Part shown: positions 1 to 12,990 of the stretch, in pieces
Layout of the letters: every line of letters begins with the position of its first letter
How positions within the stretch are numbered: the first letter of the stretch is position 1
Source: Octopus vulgaris
Lineage: Eukaryota
Length of the DNA stretch: 64,000 bases
NCBI GenBank assembly: GCA_951406725.2
Contig: OX597818.1
Span: 122,574,001-122,638,000 of the forward strand
Direction of reading: 5' to 3'
Made by a program: the position numbers and the translations under genes
Notes under the pieces: generated by a model
The model's input: the letters and a program-made list of their open reading frames with translations, nothing else
What the model was told of the DNA's origin: nothing
The model's database searches: none

Positions 1-231
1 CGCTCAACATTACTTATGTAAATTCACTCAATAGTCCTTTTGGTCAAGCTAGGACGTACTTCGCAGGAATATTGAACTCCAAATTGCGTGGTAGTGAAGC
101 AAATTTTCTCAACTAAAAAAATATCTATACGGTCTTATGAGGAAACCTATACATGACATGTCAGCTTAAGGGAATGTATGATACACTGGACAGTGTAGAT
201 TTAGATAGTCGACATGAGATGATCTTACCTA

Positions 232-458
232 TTTCTTTACTACCCACAAGGGGCTAAACACAGAGGGGATAAACAAGGAGAGACAAACGGATTAAGTCGA
301 TTATATCGACCCAGTGCGAAACTGGTACTTAATTTATCGACCCCGAAAGGATGAAAGGCAAAGTCAACCTCGGCGGAATTTGAACTCGGAACGTAACGGA
401 AGACGAAATACCGCTAAGCATTTCGCCCGGCTTGCTAACGTTTCTGCCAGCTCACCGC
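232..458 (-). mobile_element. tRNA-derived SINE family A (Meta-domain-like core), monomer
   Basis: Minus strand reads ggcggtgagctggcagaaacgttagc...gagttcaaattccgccgaggttgactttgcctttcatcctttcggggtcgataaattaagtaccag. 8-bp TSD cttaccta at 224-231 and 459-466. Many other copies in the window. Confidence 0.9.
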
Positions 459-1308
459 CTTACCTAACCTGGAGGTCAGCTCGATCAGGTTTGACCAGGT
501 GTGGCTCCAAAGTAACCAACTTCACGTTCCTTGATCTAGTGAAACTCCCAAATCCCCATATATTTATATTCAGCCCCCTTAAACACTATAGCTACTTTCC
601 TTTCCTTGGATTAATTATCGAAATATTCACATATAATACGAAATCTTATCTGAGTAATTGTGTTGGACCTTCGCGCCATTTGGCGAGAATATTCTCAATA
701 TATCTTCAAGGTGTTTGCAAATTGAACTGGATTGGTTTTATGCAGCTTGCGTGAGATTAATCGATATTTATTGGTAATTGATAGATTCATATATATTAAT
801 ATTTCCAAAGTTTGTACAGCAAATATGTATATATGCGCTCATTCCCACCCGTTTCAATCAACATCTGTTATAAGTTTCTATTATTGGATTACGTCAATGC
901 TGAAGTATAGCATATAAAGGTTTGGTCGATTAGACCATTCCCAGCATTTGATTTATCTATCTGTAATTTGGAGACGCAAACTTAAGGGACATAAAGGGAC
1001 ACAACAATTAAGTAACGTTACTACTTAAATCAATGTATGTAAAGAAATGAATCTCCGAACGTATCCCATTATCCGATCAACTGCATTAACATGTGACTAA
1101 GTAATCTATAGAGAATTAAACATGTACCCCGAATGCAAATCCCCAGTAAAATCAGCGCGACAGTGTGCAACATCGCTGCACCATTGATTACTGGAACAGT
1201 CCACCCGATAAGCTTCCGCATAATTTGTGTATACTCTATTTCACTCACGAAGATTGGATCGATGCAAGGCAATCATAAATGACACTAGCTCAATATACCA
1301 CATCGTAG

Positions 1309-1695
1309 TGGAGGCACAATGGCCCAGTGGTTAGGGCAGCGGACTCGCGGTCATAGGATCGCGGTTTCGATTCCCAGACCGGGTGCTGTGAGTGTTTATT
1401 GAGCGAAAACACCTGAAGCTCCACGAGGCTCCAGCAGGGGATGGTGGTGATCCCTGCTGTACTCTTTCACCACAACTTTCTCTCACTCTTACTTCCTGTT
1501 TCTGTTGTACCTGTATTTCAAGGGGCCGGCCTTGTCACTCTCTGTGTCACGCTGAATATCCCCGAGAACTACGTTAAGGGTACACGTGTCTGTGGAGTGC
1601 TCAGCCACTTACACGTTAATTTCACGAGCAGGCTGTTCTGTTGATTCGGATCAACCGGAACCCTCATCGTCGTAACCGACGGAGTGCTTCCATCC
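1309..1695 (+). mobile_element. tRNA-derived SINE family C, full length
   Basis: tRNA-like head with A box (tggcccagtggttagg) and B-box-like ggtttcgattcc. 14-bp TSD ataccacatcgtag at 1295-1308 and 1696-1709. Confidence 0.92.
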
Positions 1696-2111
1696 ATACC
1701 ACATCGTAGGATCCAACCCTGACCCTCGTGATTACTGATAATTTTCTGAGTCAATTTACCATGGAATACCCATAATTGAACTTAAACACACACGCATATA
1801 CACACATATATGTGTTAGTGTTTGTATGTGTAACAGACGGACAAGAGTTACATAATTACTTTCATTAGGTTACCGCTGTTCCAGGCTTAAAGCTTATTTT
1901 AAAGGCTGTGACAAAGGTGTGGGTTGTTATATCGGCACTTGCTAATGCGTGTGTGGTTCGTCTCGCTTAAAGACAAATTAATGAATGTTATTACATAACT
2001 ATTGTTATTTTCTGGATTTATTTATTACTATTTTGGTCAATACTTCCGTTGCATTTAAATAATAAATTGTCAATGAATCGACACTACCACACAGCTGGAT
2101 GCAGAGTTGTA

Positions 2112-2455
<344 letters not shown>

Positions 2456-3224
2456 ATGTATATAAATATATACTTGTAGGTAGAATTATTCAAATGTATT
2501 TGTATACAAGATTAAACAAATAAATAAACAATTGATATATTCATTTAACTTTATGGAATCTGGTTTTGTTGATATTACTTACATCTTTTGTACGTTCAAG
2601 TATTCTGCTTTCTTGAATGTTATTTCATTTCTATTACAACAGGTCTTATAAAATACGTAGGAGTAAAACACTGAGATATGTTCAATTGACTGCATGCTAT
2701 GTTACAAATCGCTTGTATTACATCAATATAAAATTTCAGTATACACCTGAAAGTAAAAATAAAATGAAACAGTACGTAATATAAATATAGATTTATAGTT
2801 TTGAAAATCACGTCGAATACTTATATCCCTTAATACGGCATTTTATAATTAAGAAAAATAGGATTTCTTTTGTAAGAAGATAAACGAATATAAGATAGAG
2901 AAGCATCCTTATTCAAACAGCAAGCCAAAATTACTGTTTTAAAAGAATGAGGATTTCAAAATCATATAAAACCATAATAAATATTTCAGTTTCTTATGTG
3001 AAGTCATTTTTGCTTAAGCCAATTAAAATTATGAAAGAAATGAATCTTTATCAAATTTCTTTCTGTCTTTAGATAACCGTAAAATTTGTGTAAATTGCTA
3101 GCTTAGGAGAAAGGGTACTGTACATGACCTTTGCATTCTCTGTTGTTTTTTAATGTTCTTGATCATTCTTGTGTCAATTTCTAGGCTTCCAAAATGGCTT
3201 GAGAGAAACTTAATCTGTTGATAT

Positions 3225-3430
3225 TGAGCCCCGAGTCAACCTTATTTGAGCAGAGTCAATGTAGAATGCATACCAACAATGATTATCTCGCAACTTCTGT
3301 TCAGATAACATGTACAGACTGAATTCTCTAATATGTCACATTTTAAGATGGAAAGGTATAATTTGAGGGGTATTTGCCTTCCATATCTAGCAGGTTGAGA
3401 TACTTCTCAGAGACTTCCACATTGGTACAA
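3225..3430 (+). repeat. Old interspersed repeat (diverged copies near 10680-10830, 21105-21290, 50670-50830 and on minus at 24600-24770, 43570-43770)
   Basis: Shared degenerate motifs such as gagtcaacctt..gagcaga and atttgaggg..atttg.ct...at.tctagcagg, aligned by eye. Confidence 0.5.
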
Positions 3431-5008
3431 GATTAGAAGCGTCAGTTAGGAAAGCTGTATGGAACATTAGAATGATAACTGTATCCTAGAACTTAGTGTA
3501 TGATTAATATCAGATATTAAAATAGCACCATGGTATATCAGTAAATAGAATAGTAAATGTAAACTAAACGAGACAGGAGGGAAAAAATGTTTTAACAGTA
3601 CAGCCTGAATATATGCCTGAGGAAAGTATACGTTATTGGAAATCGAATGAATGGAAACAGAATATTTTACATCTCTCACAATGTGTGAACAATAATTTCG
3701 TTAAGCATGGCCCATCTTTTGTATTAAAGCTAAGAATTATCTATTGATAGAACAATATCGAAATTTGCAGTTTGCACCTCGAGATACACTCCATTATAAA
3801 ACACTATAATTTTGTACATATAACACAGAGGTTTTACTAGTAAAAGTTGATCATGCTACAACCGATTCTGTATTCCAGTAAATAATCCAAGTAATTTCAA
3901 CTAACATTAAATTCTTATAGATGTACACAGCTAGATAATTATATAGAATTAAAAGATGAGATTATGCATCACCTTGCTTTAATGAAACGAAATAAATATA
4001 ACAGGAAATAGAAACCTACATGTGGATCAGAGCGTCCGGTAGTTTATATGCATTCCATAGAACTAAATGCTCAGAATTCAGCATTTATTATAACTACGGA
4101 GAGATCTAAAAGATACACAACGAACTGTTTAGGAAGGTAAAAGAAGAGAGGAAAGAAACGAGTGTCAAACGAAAGTAAACAATAACAATTTTTACGCACA
4201 AGACTGTAAATTATACAGGAATATCTACTTGACCGATATTGGTTTCAAATTTTGGCACTAGGCCAGAAATTGCGGTGGAGGGTATACGCTCATTACATCA
4301 ACCCCAGTTTTATCGATACCAAAAGAATGAAAGGCAAAGACGAAAGCAAAACGTAGAGACGGACAAATTGCTGCTAAAGATTTTTACCCGTCACAGTAAA
4401 GATTCTGCCAGAAATGGTCCCGCGAAAACATATTTCACTTTGACTTGCGTAAATACACATTTTGTTTTGGATTGTGAGTGACGTCATTGGATCATAGGAC
4501 ACGTGTCTTCCCTTCTTGTTCTAATTTGTCAGCTACGAAAACTAACTCAGTCCCACGCAACTCAATAAGTATAGAATTATTCTAATAAAAACACTAAAGG
4601 GAGGTTTGTTCACGACATTGACTCTTGGTAAAATTGCAGCGAAAGGTTATATCATGTTGAACTTCAATCAAACGTGTTAAATTTGATTTTAAACGAATAT
4701 ATTTTATTCAACAGTGCCTCATGTGATATTATTTTATTCTAGATTGATAAAGCTAGAATTTATATACGAATCTGTTAGATCCTAGGAAATATGCTGAGGT
4801 ACAAAAGCTGCAATATAGGGTAACATAAATGTAAAAGAAACAAAATCCGTCAAAATAAAATCCCAACACACGTAGGGAATGAATCTATCGAAATACCAAT
4901 GATGTTGCTTATTCCTCCATACTGTTGTTGACATCGGGTAGCCGAATACTGTGAAGGGACTTTAAACAGCATACTACAAGCTGCACACTCGAATATAAAA
5001 TTACTACT

Positions 5009-5039
<31 letters not shown>

Positions 5040-5172
5040 ATGAGGGTGTCTAAAAGACACCAACATGCCGAAATAGCAGTCGAAACACTGACTATAGTAC
5101 CACGTTAAATGTTCACATCGCAACATGAGGTAAAGCGGAGGGACAAAGCATACAAGCAAAAATTAATGAATA

Positions 5173-5232
5173 ATTCAAGATCCAAGGATTTCTGGTTCTG
5201 CTTTAGATAAGCTTTACCGTCATCAATTGAAT
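5173..5232 (-). ncRNA. Type I hammerhead ribozyme motif (inverted copy of 5581-5640)
   Basis: Reverse complement of 5581-5640 inside IR1. Confidence 0.65.
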
Positions 5233-5580
5233 ATATCAAGGGTACATAAATACAGATATATATATGCACAGCAAACGATATACTTACATATACGAGCGTC
5301 GTACATACATACATATGCACGTATGGACACAGCCAGTCTGAATCGCCCGCCAAATCACCACATAAGTACGATATGGTTAAAATAAGCACCGCAGTGAATA
5401 TAATAACGAATTATATAAATTTATATATGAGGATAATATCGATATTTAAGTGTCGAAATTATCAAGTGGCCAGCATGAAAGAAATACCTTATGTGCATAT
5501 GTATGTATGTACGACGCTCGTATATGTAAGTATATCGTTTGCTGTGCATATATATATCTGTATTTATGTACCCTTGATAT

Positions 5581-5640
5581 ATTCAATTGATGACGGTAAA
5601 GCTTATCTAAAGCAGAACCAGAAATCCTTGGATCTTGAAT
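5581..5640 (+). ncRNA. Type I hammerhead ribozyme motif (C3U variant)
   Basis: attcaa-UUGAUGA-c-ggt aaa gctt atcta aagc aga acc-a-GAAA-tcc tt gga-UC-ttgaat: 6-bp stem I, stem III, AUC site. Confidence 0.68.
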
Positions 5641-5894
5641 TATTCATTAATTTTTGCTTGTATGTTTTGTCCCTCCGCTTTACCTCATGGTGCGATGTGA
5701 ACATTTAACGTGGTACTATAGTCAGTGTTTCGACTGTTATGTCGGCATGTTGGTGTCTTTTAGACACCCTCATTTTTAATTGTTAAACATTTTTTTACCT
5801 TTGTAAGGTATTTCTTTCATGCTGGCCACTTGATAATTTCGACACTTAAATATCGATATTATCCTCATATATAAATTTATATATATATATATAT

Positions 5895-6171
5895 AATATA
5901 ATTCGAGACAAAACCACTATTTTAAAACCAAACAAGGAAAGACTTAATCAATACATAACATTTTAATATAAATTAAATAAACCGCCACTACAAATGTTTC
6001 ATGTCTGCTCCGACAATCTTCAGGTGGATTTTCGATCTTCTAATCAGTAACAAATTTGGTTTTAAAATAGTGGTTTTGTCTCGAAATATATTATATAATA
6101 TTTTACTATACAATTGGATTTAACCCTAAATCTGATTTTTCCCTGTAATTTTGGATTCATTCCCTAATATT

Positions 6172-6176
<5 letters not shown>
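5895..6176 (-). mobile_element. Second HHR cassette between (TA)n tracts, with a 31-bp inverted repeat
   Basis: IR ttcgagacaaaaccactattttaaaaccaaa at 5902-5932 vs 6055-6085 encloses the HHR at 5985-6027. Confidence 0.65.
5985..6027 (-). ncRNA. Minimal type I hammerhead ribozyme, canonical core
   Basis: Minus strand: ccac-CUGAAGA-t-tgtc ggagca gaca-t-GAAA-ca tt tg-UA-gtgg. Stems I, II and III all pair; GUA cleavage triplet. Confidence 0.8.
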
Positions 6177-6217
<41 letters not shown>

Positions 6218-6219
<2 letters not shown>

Positions 6220-6426
6220 AGGGAAGCTTTATGAAAATAAACAAAAGACGAAGGCAGGTGGAATACAAACAAACAATTGTATTAGTATGGCGCTCAGGAA
6301 TATAAATAAAACAAGTCTTTTACGTTTCGAGCCTACGCTCTTCAACAGAAAGATACACAGAAAAGAAACACGGAGAGAAACAAGGAGAGAAAAAATGCGT
6401 GCAGAAGCTAGCGAATCAACATGGCG
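6218..6426 (-). mobile_element. Third HHR cassette adjacent to (TA)n; HHR at 6317-6352 has a core substitution (CUGUUGA)
   Basis: Minus strand: cttt-CUGUUGA-a-gagc gtag gctc-GAAA-cg-UA-aaag. Related to the 47922-48131 family (shared gagc/gct stem and cag-tatt...ctcagga flank). Confidence 0.65.
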
Positions 6427-6755
6427 ATATACATACATATATATACACGCACACACACACACATGCACACACACACACACGCATGCACACACACACATGC
6501 ACACGCACACGCTCATACTTCAATCATTCCAAGTTATCCAAAGTGGCCAGTAAGAACATGTGTATCTTTTCATTTACATCAGAATACTTGACTGATTCAC
6601 TACCAAGTACAAAAGCTTTCGAACGATTCGCTAACTTTCGTGTTAGATATTTACTAACGAAAATATGAATCTAACTGCAATTAAACATATTTAATCGTCA
6701 TGACGTGTATTGAAATCCTTTGGTCGTTTACTCCTTTCGTGAATATATATGTATA

Positions 6756-7038
6756 CAGTTATGCCTCACTTTGCGGGGATCCACTTTACGAGCTTTATTT
6801 TTCAAGCAAAATATCCAAATTGTGAACGAAGTGCAAAAGCATTTATCATAACCAATGATTCTGCGTGTTAACGAGAAATTTAAAGAGAGCAAAAAACAGC
6901 TTCTGCTAAGCAAACATGTCTAGACTTATTTTTTAATGAAATCTACGAGTCCGTCAACGACTGCTTGTGAATCGGTGATCGCGTCAATACGTGATGGTGT
7001 GCGTGAGTCTAGAGCGGGTGAAAGTGATTCAGAAAACG

Positions 7039-7072
<34 letters not shown>

Positions 7073-7083
7073 TAATAATAATG

Positions 7084-7138
<55 letters not shown>

Positions 7139-7392
7139 TATTAATAATAATATTTGTATTATAAATGATCTTGACAATTTTTACTTTACATAAAAATATT
7201 CTTTACATTTTACTGTTGTTTTATTGCCAATTATGTACGAGTATTATAAGTTTTATCGATAAAAACATTTTTATGGGAACGATTTACGATTTAAGACACT
7301 GTTATTATGGGAAATTTTTGCCCAGCTTTACGGGGTTTCGCTTTACGTACGGTCTCCGGGAATAAATTAACTCGTATATCGAGGCATTACTG
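6756..7392. mobile_element. Pogo/Tigger-like MITE with an internal (AAT)n
   Basis: Ends TA|cagttatgcctc... and ...gaggcattactg|TA form imperfect TIRs with a TA duplication. Confidence 0.65.
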
Positions 7393-7958
7393 TACATGTA
7401 TTTGGAGAGAGAAGGAGAGAGGGAGATATTAGACAGAGAGACAAGCACATACAAATATTACACATACACACACGAAAGCATAGAAGTACACAAGCTGACA
7501 AATTTTCCGGAATTGCTAAAACATTTTTTGTTCTTTTCAAACTTTTAACTGTATTTTATTTGGAAGTCATTCAAAGCTGCAAGGCAGAAAAGAAATTATA
7601 AAACAAAAAAAAAGGAAAATATTATAATATTTATATAAATTTTAAAAAAAATTTTCGGGGCATATTTTTGAAGAGATCATGTTAGTGTTGGCGCCAGAAT
7701 AATGAATTTCTTAAGTTTTCTCTTAGATTCACTATTTTTTCTTTCGCATAAATTGGCTGTCTTCCAAGCTGTGAAAGATTGAATATATATATATATATAG
7801 ATGCGTGTTTGTGTGTGTGTGTGTGTGTGTATGTGTGTATGTGTGTCTGTGTGCGTGCGTGCGTGTGTATATGTATATATATAATATAAACAATATATAT
7901 ATGCGCACGTGCACGGGTATGTGTGTGTGTGTTAGTCTATGTAATTGTTTGTTTGTGT

Positions 7959-8000
<42 letters not shown>

Positions 8001-8439
8001 GTGTTTGTGTGTGTACACATGTAGCAAGCAAAACAAAACTCGCAATTTCAGGTCAAGAAAGAAATATAATCACATATAAGTATACCATTATACAAAATAC
8101 CTTGTGCTATTTTGTTACATCTCTTTACAATCTGGGCTCAACTGCTACCGGGTGCAAATTTGCCTTTTCATTCCTTTGGGTTGAGAGATTATACACCTGT
8201 CAAATGACTAGGTTGATTTTCTCTAATCTCTTCCCTTGAAAATTACTGACCTAGTATCATTGATACGACAGATATAATACAAAGTTGTTATTGTTCAGCA
8301 CAGATTTTCGTTCTTCCTCGGTTGTCTTTCTTGGTTAAATAACAAAAAAATTCAGAAACAAATGTTTAGGAAATATAAGTTAGAAGGGCAATGATTTATG
8401 TTGTGCGTGAGTCGATTTGTTTAGTTTAATTTTCTCGGT

Positions 8440-9800
8440 TCCATATATACGAAATTTTCTCGTGATTTTTGCAAGGTGACCATTGCTTTCTGTGACCCTT
8501 AATGGGCCAATCAAAGCTTCAGGTCCCACATCCTGCTTATTTAAATTTCTAGGTGTTTATACTCGACAAGTTTCTTGTATTTCTTTGTATGTACATTTTT
8601 TTCAGATGGTATTACCATATCTTTAAGAAAGTGGGCCTTGTTTTTGGTGTGTTTCATTATAATACTTAGGTGGTTAGCATTCAGTTTTTGATTGGTGTAT
8701 TTTATAAAATCCTAAAAGACGGTAATGTCGTTCCTTTCAACTGCTGATTTCAAATGGAGTTCATACCAGCTTTTCGTATGTTCAGCAACGAAGTTATTTC
8801 TTACATTATTGACTGGAAGACAGAATTGATTGAAGTATGTATTGGCCAAGTCTGTTGTGTCTAGCGTAATATTCGATTGGCACCTGGGTTACGCATCTAG
8901 ATACTATACTGTCAATTGTTTTGCCGAGGGTATCACAGACACTTGGGCTCTGCTCTATTTTTGAGGATGTTATCTTGCTACCTCAGATCCTTTGCAGCAA
9001 GAGTAAATCCCTCTATTGTGCCTTCAACCCTCAACTCCGCAGCTACCAATGGATGCATTGTGGATATTGATCATAATATATTACTGCAACCGCTTATTTT
9101 GCTGGGGTTTTTTAATAGTATTTTTGCTTTCGTTTTATGCATTTTGGCTTTCTTTGTTGGGATTGGATCATCTCCGTTAGAAGATTTTTCTATCTTTGCA
9201 ATGTCTTACTCTTCTCTATAATCCTCACCTTCTTTGCTTACATACTGGACCTTCTGGGAGTCACGTTCCATCACTAATACTATCATCCTTTATTCTCTTG
9301 AAAAACGCCGCCGCCGTGGTGATCTCATTCTCGCCCACAACATCATAAGCGGGAAGTGTAACCTCTCGAAAGAGCTGTTCTTCACTCCTGCTCCGGAGCG
9401 TCGGCTGCGGGGTCATTCCGAAAAGCTCTACCTGCGACGATTTCATCTCAATCGAAGGAGAGGAGCTTTCTCCGTCCGGGTTGCGGATCCGTGGAACAAG
9501 CTGCCAGACGAGATGGTGAAGATGCCGACGACCGCTTTGTTCAAAGCCTCCCTGGACCTCAAGTGGCCTGAACTCTTTACATGAACACCACCCTGTACTT
9601 AACTCCATGTCCCCCTACATGGCCTTGCTATTTGCTTTTGAGCCAAATTAACTAACTAACTAACATCCAATCTTTGGTCTTGTTTGAGTACTTCCGCAGG
9701 TCTATTGTGGAATTTTTATAAACGTTTTCACCTCTCCATAGCATGTAGACGCGGTGTGTAGTTGATTTTTTATGGTACATGTAATGGCAGTGCAGTCACA
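8440..9800 (-). pseudogene. Decayed R4/Dong-like (RLE endonuclease) non-LTR retrotransposon, interrupted by a CR1-like insert
   Basis: Broken minus-strand translation includes EGFTLAAKD, TIDSIVSRC, YYARHNRLGQYI and KDMVIPSEKNV..KKLVEYKHLEI*ISRMWDLK. Similar to 55650-56170; multiple stops and frameshifts. Confidence 0.7.
9289..9663 (+). mobile_element. 5'-truncated CR1-group LINE 3' end
   Basis: YSLEKRRRRGDLILAHNIISG...RLRGHSEKL...FSVRVADPWNKLP (CR1 ORF2 C-terminus), (TAAC)n tail, 5-bp TSD catcc at 9284-9288 and 9664-9668. Confidence 0.88.
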
Positions 9801-11653
9801 ATTGAGATATCAATGTGTTGTGAGGGTGTTTTCCCCTTGGCAGAACGTTCACACCTTGTTCAGAGCCTGAGTAGCCAATATTTGTTATTGTTGTTGTTGA
9901 TGTTTGTATTATTGCTATTGTTAATTCCAGCACGAGTATTCTGCCACCAAAAGCCTCCTGCCAAAGGGCATCTTGCCTATTTAATCGTATCCAGGCATGC
10001 ATTTACATATGTGTCTTTCCTTTAGTCAAGTCGTTAGGTTAAAGTTTATAAAATATTTTCCTTCTAACGTGTCTATTCATTATATCGGCGGTGTTAGTGT
10101 ACCCTTTGTGAAGAATGTAGTTTAAAATGCTTGGTCACTATGAAACAGATAATAGTGGATATTATTTGATGGATACTGTAAAACAGACCATGTATATTTT
10201 GATAAGTTATGTATTTGGAAATCAAGATTTTCAAGCAAAATATTTGACGAAGTTTATATTTTTACTTATTAAGTCTGGGGGTGCACCATTACTTCTAATT
10301 TCCATTACAAGTCTCTCTTACCCTCGTTCATTTTCTTGCGTATCTGTAGGGGTAAGCAGAAAAATTAACAGTAAATGTAACTTGATGGATATTTCGTAGC
10401 TAGCTCGTGCATGTCCATCGACTGTTTATGTCACCACTAGCTCTCATTCCTGGCGACTGTGAATAAACCAGTACTGTGCCCACCTCTACGGAAGATAGTT
10501 CCAGTTTCCTAACGAAATGTATTTGATTATAGTCTGCTTGTGGTGTTGCTGCTTAGGTTTGGTAGCCTTGGCCCAACAACTTTACCAAAAGTATTCCAGC
10601 TCTACCCTTTAACCAGAAATTAAACTATTGCTTAACTAAAGCTCAATCATAACCCAACAAACTACGAACGAACATGTTTATTCGAAGTCAATCTTGTTTA
10701 TCTAGGAGAATTAGGGCAACACTGTATAATGTCTTCTACCATCGTTTTGTTTTTTTAGGAAGCTATGTGAGGAATGTGTAGCTGCTGTTTCTTGCAGCCC
10801 GATCGACCACATAGCTCGCAGATGTAAACCGTAAGAACACATTAGAACAAAATGATATTTCGTGGACTTTAAGTGATGACTTTTCTAATTATCCAATACA
10901 CTTGCAGGATACGACAAAAGAAGAAAATCCCGTCAAACGTATCTTTTAAAGTAATTCCATAAAATAATTAGGTGTTGACCTAATTATTCTGAGGATGACA
11001 AGATTAAATATAATTACATTTTAAAGTAATTAGTAACATCACCAGCAACTGAAAAGTCAACAAATGACGATTAAAACCAAGTTTTTTCATTTACTCGCAA
11101 CTTGTACTATATAAAGTTCAAATAACGTGATCAATTAAATAACCAATTTTTTAATGTACATCATATTTATTACTGTTGTTACTTTCATCATGAGAGCAGT
11201 GATCTCGCAGAGCAGTTGCAAAACGACACGAAAGGCTTAGAAGCAAATATGCCGGCAGATAACGTTCTGAGTTCAATTGCAGCCTATATCTTCTTTGATA
11301 TATCTCCTTTCGGGGTCGATAAAAGAAGTAACAGTTAAGCACAGGAGTCGATGCAATCCACTAATCCCTGCCCCTTAAAATTGCTTGATTTTTGTTAAAA
11401 TTAGAACGAATTATATTTAAAACGGTGAGCGAACGGGATCGTTACTGCGCCAGACAAAATAATTAGCGGAAGTTTTTTTTTTCCGATTTTAAGTTCCTAG
11501 TTCAAATTCCATCATGCTGATTTTCTCTTTCATCCTAGCGGAGCCCATAAAACGAATATCAGCTAAGCTCTCCTGCAATTCAATTTTCCGGCCTTGTGCT
11601 TATAGAAGAAAGTATTATTATTATGAATATTATATAAAAATTTTCAGCTACAT

Positions 11654-11775
<122 letters not shown>

Positions 11776-12147
11776 TTGTCTGTCTGTCTGTTGGTCTGTC
11801 AGTATGTCTATTTATCTGAATATATATATATATATACTAGAACTGTGTTTTGATAATGTTTCCATTTTAATAGTGATATATTTATAGATCACTATTGGAA
11901 AAAATGATCAAATAAGCAATTCTTATCCATTTTTCCCAAAACATAATACTGTACCAAGGACTTTCTATTTCTAATTCTACTATATATGTATATATATCCT
12001 CTCTGTGTGTGTTTATCATAAAGAAAACAGGGATTAAAAGATCCAGGCAGATATCAATAAATCACTCAGTTTTAAACGAATTTAATTAACAATATCAGAC
12101 AGACACCAATAAATACAAGTAGAATACATACATACATACACACATAC

Positions 12148-12239
<92 letters not shown>

Positions 12240-12479
12240 TTATATACATACATAAATACATACATACATGTAGCAGGAAAACAAGACATTGTTAAAGGAA
12301 AAATATACTCATGTCTTCGCTGAACATTAGATATAAATGCCAAGACATCAGGGCTGGAATGATTAGAATACTAGCTAGGGACTAAGGTCTGTGTAATCGA
12401 TTGACCGCCTTCCCTTAAAAATTCAGGCGGGGTTACTAAATTAGATTGTGTTGACAGGTGGACTCTACTTGACAGCACA

Positions 12480-12990
12480 ATATCAGGGATTCCATTAAGA
12501 TATGGTTCTCCTGGAGTGTTTTCTAGATGTTTCTGATATCCCTTTATTTTTCTTGCCTATGGCACCTGCGATAACAGGAACAGTTTTTGCTTTAAGATAC
12601 CACGTCTTTTATATTTCAGCTTTCAGGTCCTTTTATGTACTAAGCATGTCAAAACCTTTACAAATATATTTTGATCGGGGGAAACACGTCTATTTCTTGT
12701 CTTTGATAATTATCTCTAGTCATTAAACCTCGATTCTTTTGGCAGTGCTGACCAAAAACCCCAGAGCTTGGTGAACATTATACCTTCGACCACTGGTTTA
12801 GGATGGTGTTTATACTAGTCAGAAAGAGTGTCGATTTGGTAGTGCTCCACTTATTTCCGAGTGAATATACTGTCTTACTCCATCGTTTGGTGTTAGCATA
12901 GGACAGCCTGAAACGAGATGGTTTTGTCGCTTTTCACGTTGCATTGTGATCACTTCGAAACCTGACGCATTGTACAGCGTGTACCTGTTC
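12480..12990 (-). pseudogene. Decayed R4/Dong-like non-LTR fragment (Zn-knuckle/RLE region)
   Basis: HLVSGCPMLTPN..VRQYIH motif, followed by degenerate RLE coding similar to 54680-54830 and 55650-56170. Confidence 0.6.

Larger units (their letters stand above)
5032..5883. mobile_element. Penelope-like pseudo-LTR / retrozyme-like cassette with nested inverted repeats, flanked by (TA)n
   Basis: IR1 5032-5320 vs 5493-5781 (few mismatches). IR2 5412-5491 vs 5804-5883. Carries an HHR on both strands. Homologous to 63221-63500. Confidence 0.75.

Noticed and set aside
314-754. 146-aa ORF MRNWYLIYRPRKDERQS, with similar ORFs at 50428 and 57872
   Set aside because: Antisense read-through of SINE A; it recurs only because the SINE recurs.
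1309-1385. tRNA-like sequences at SINE heads
   Set aside because: No complete cloverleaf or acceptor stem, and each continues into a SINE body with TSDs, so they are not tRNA genes.
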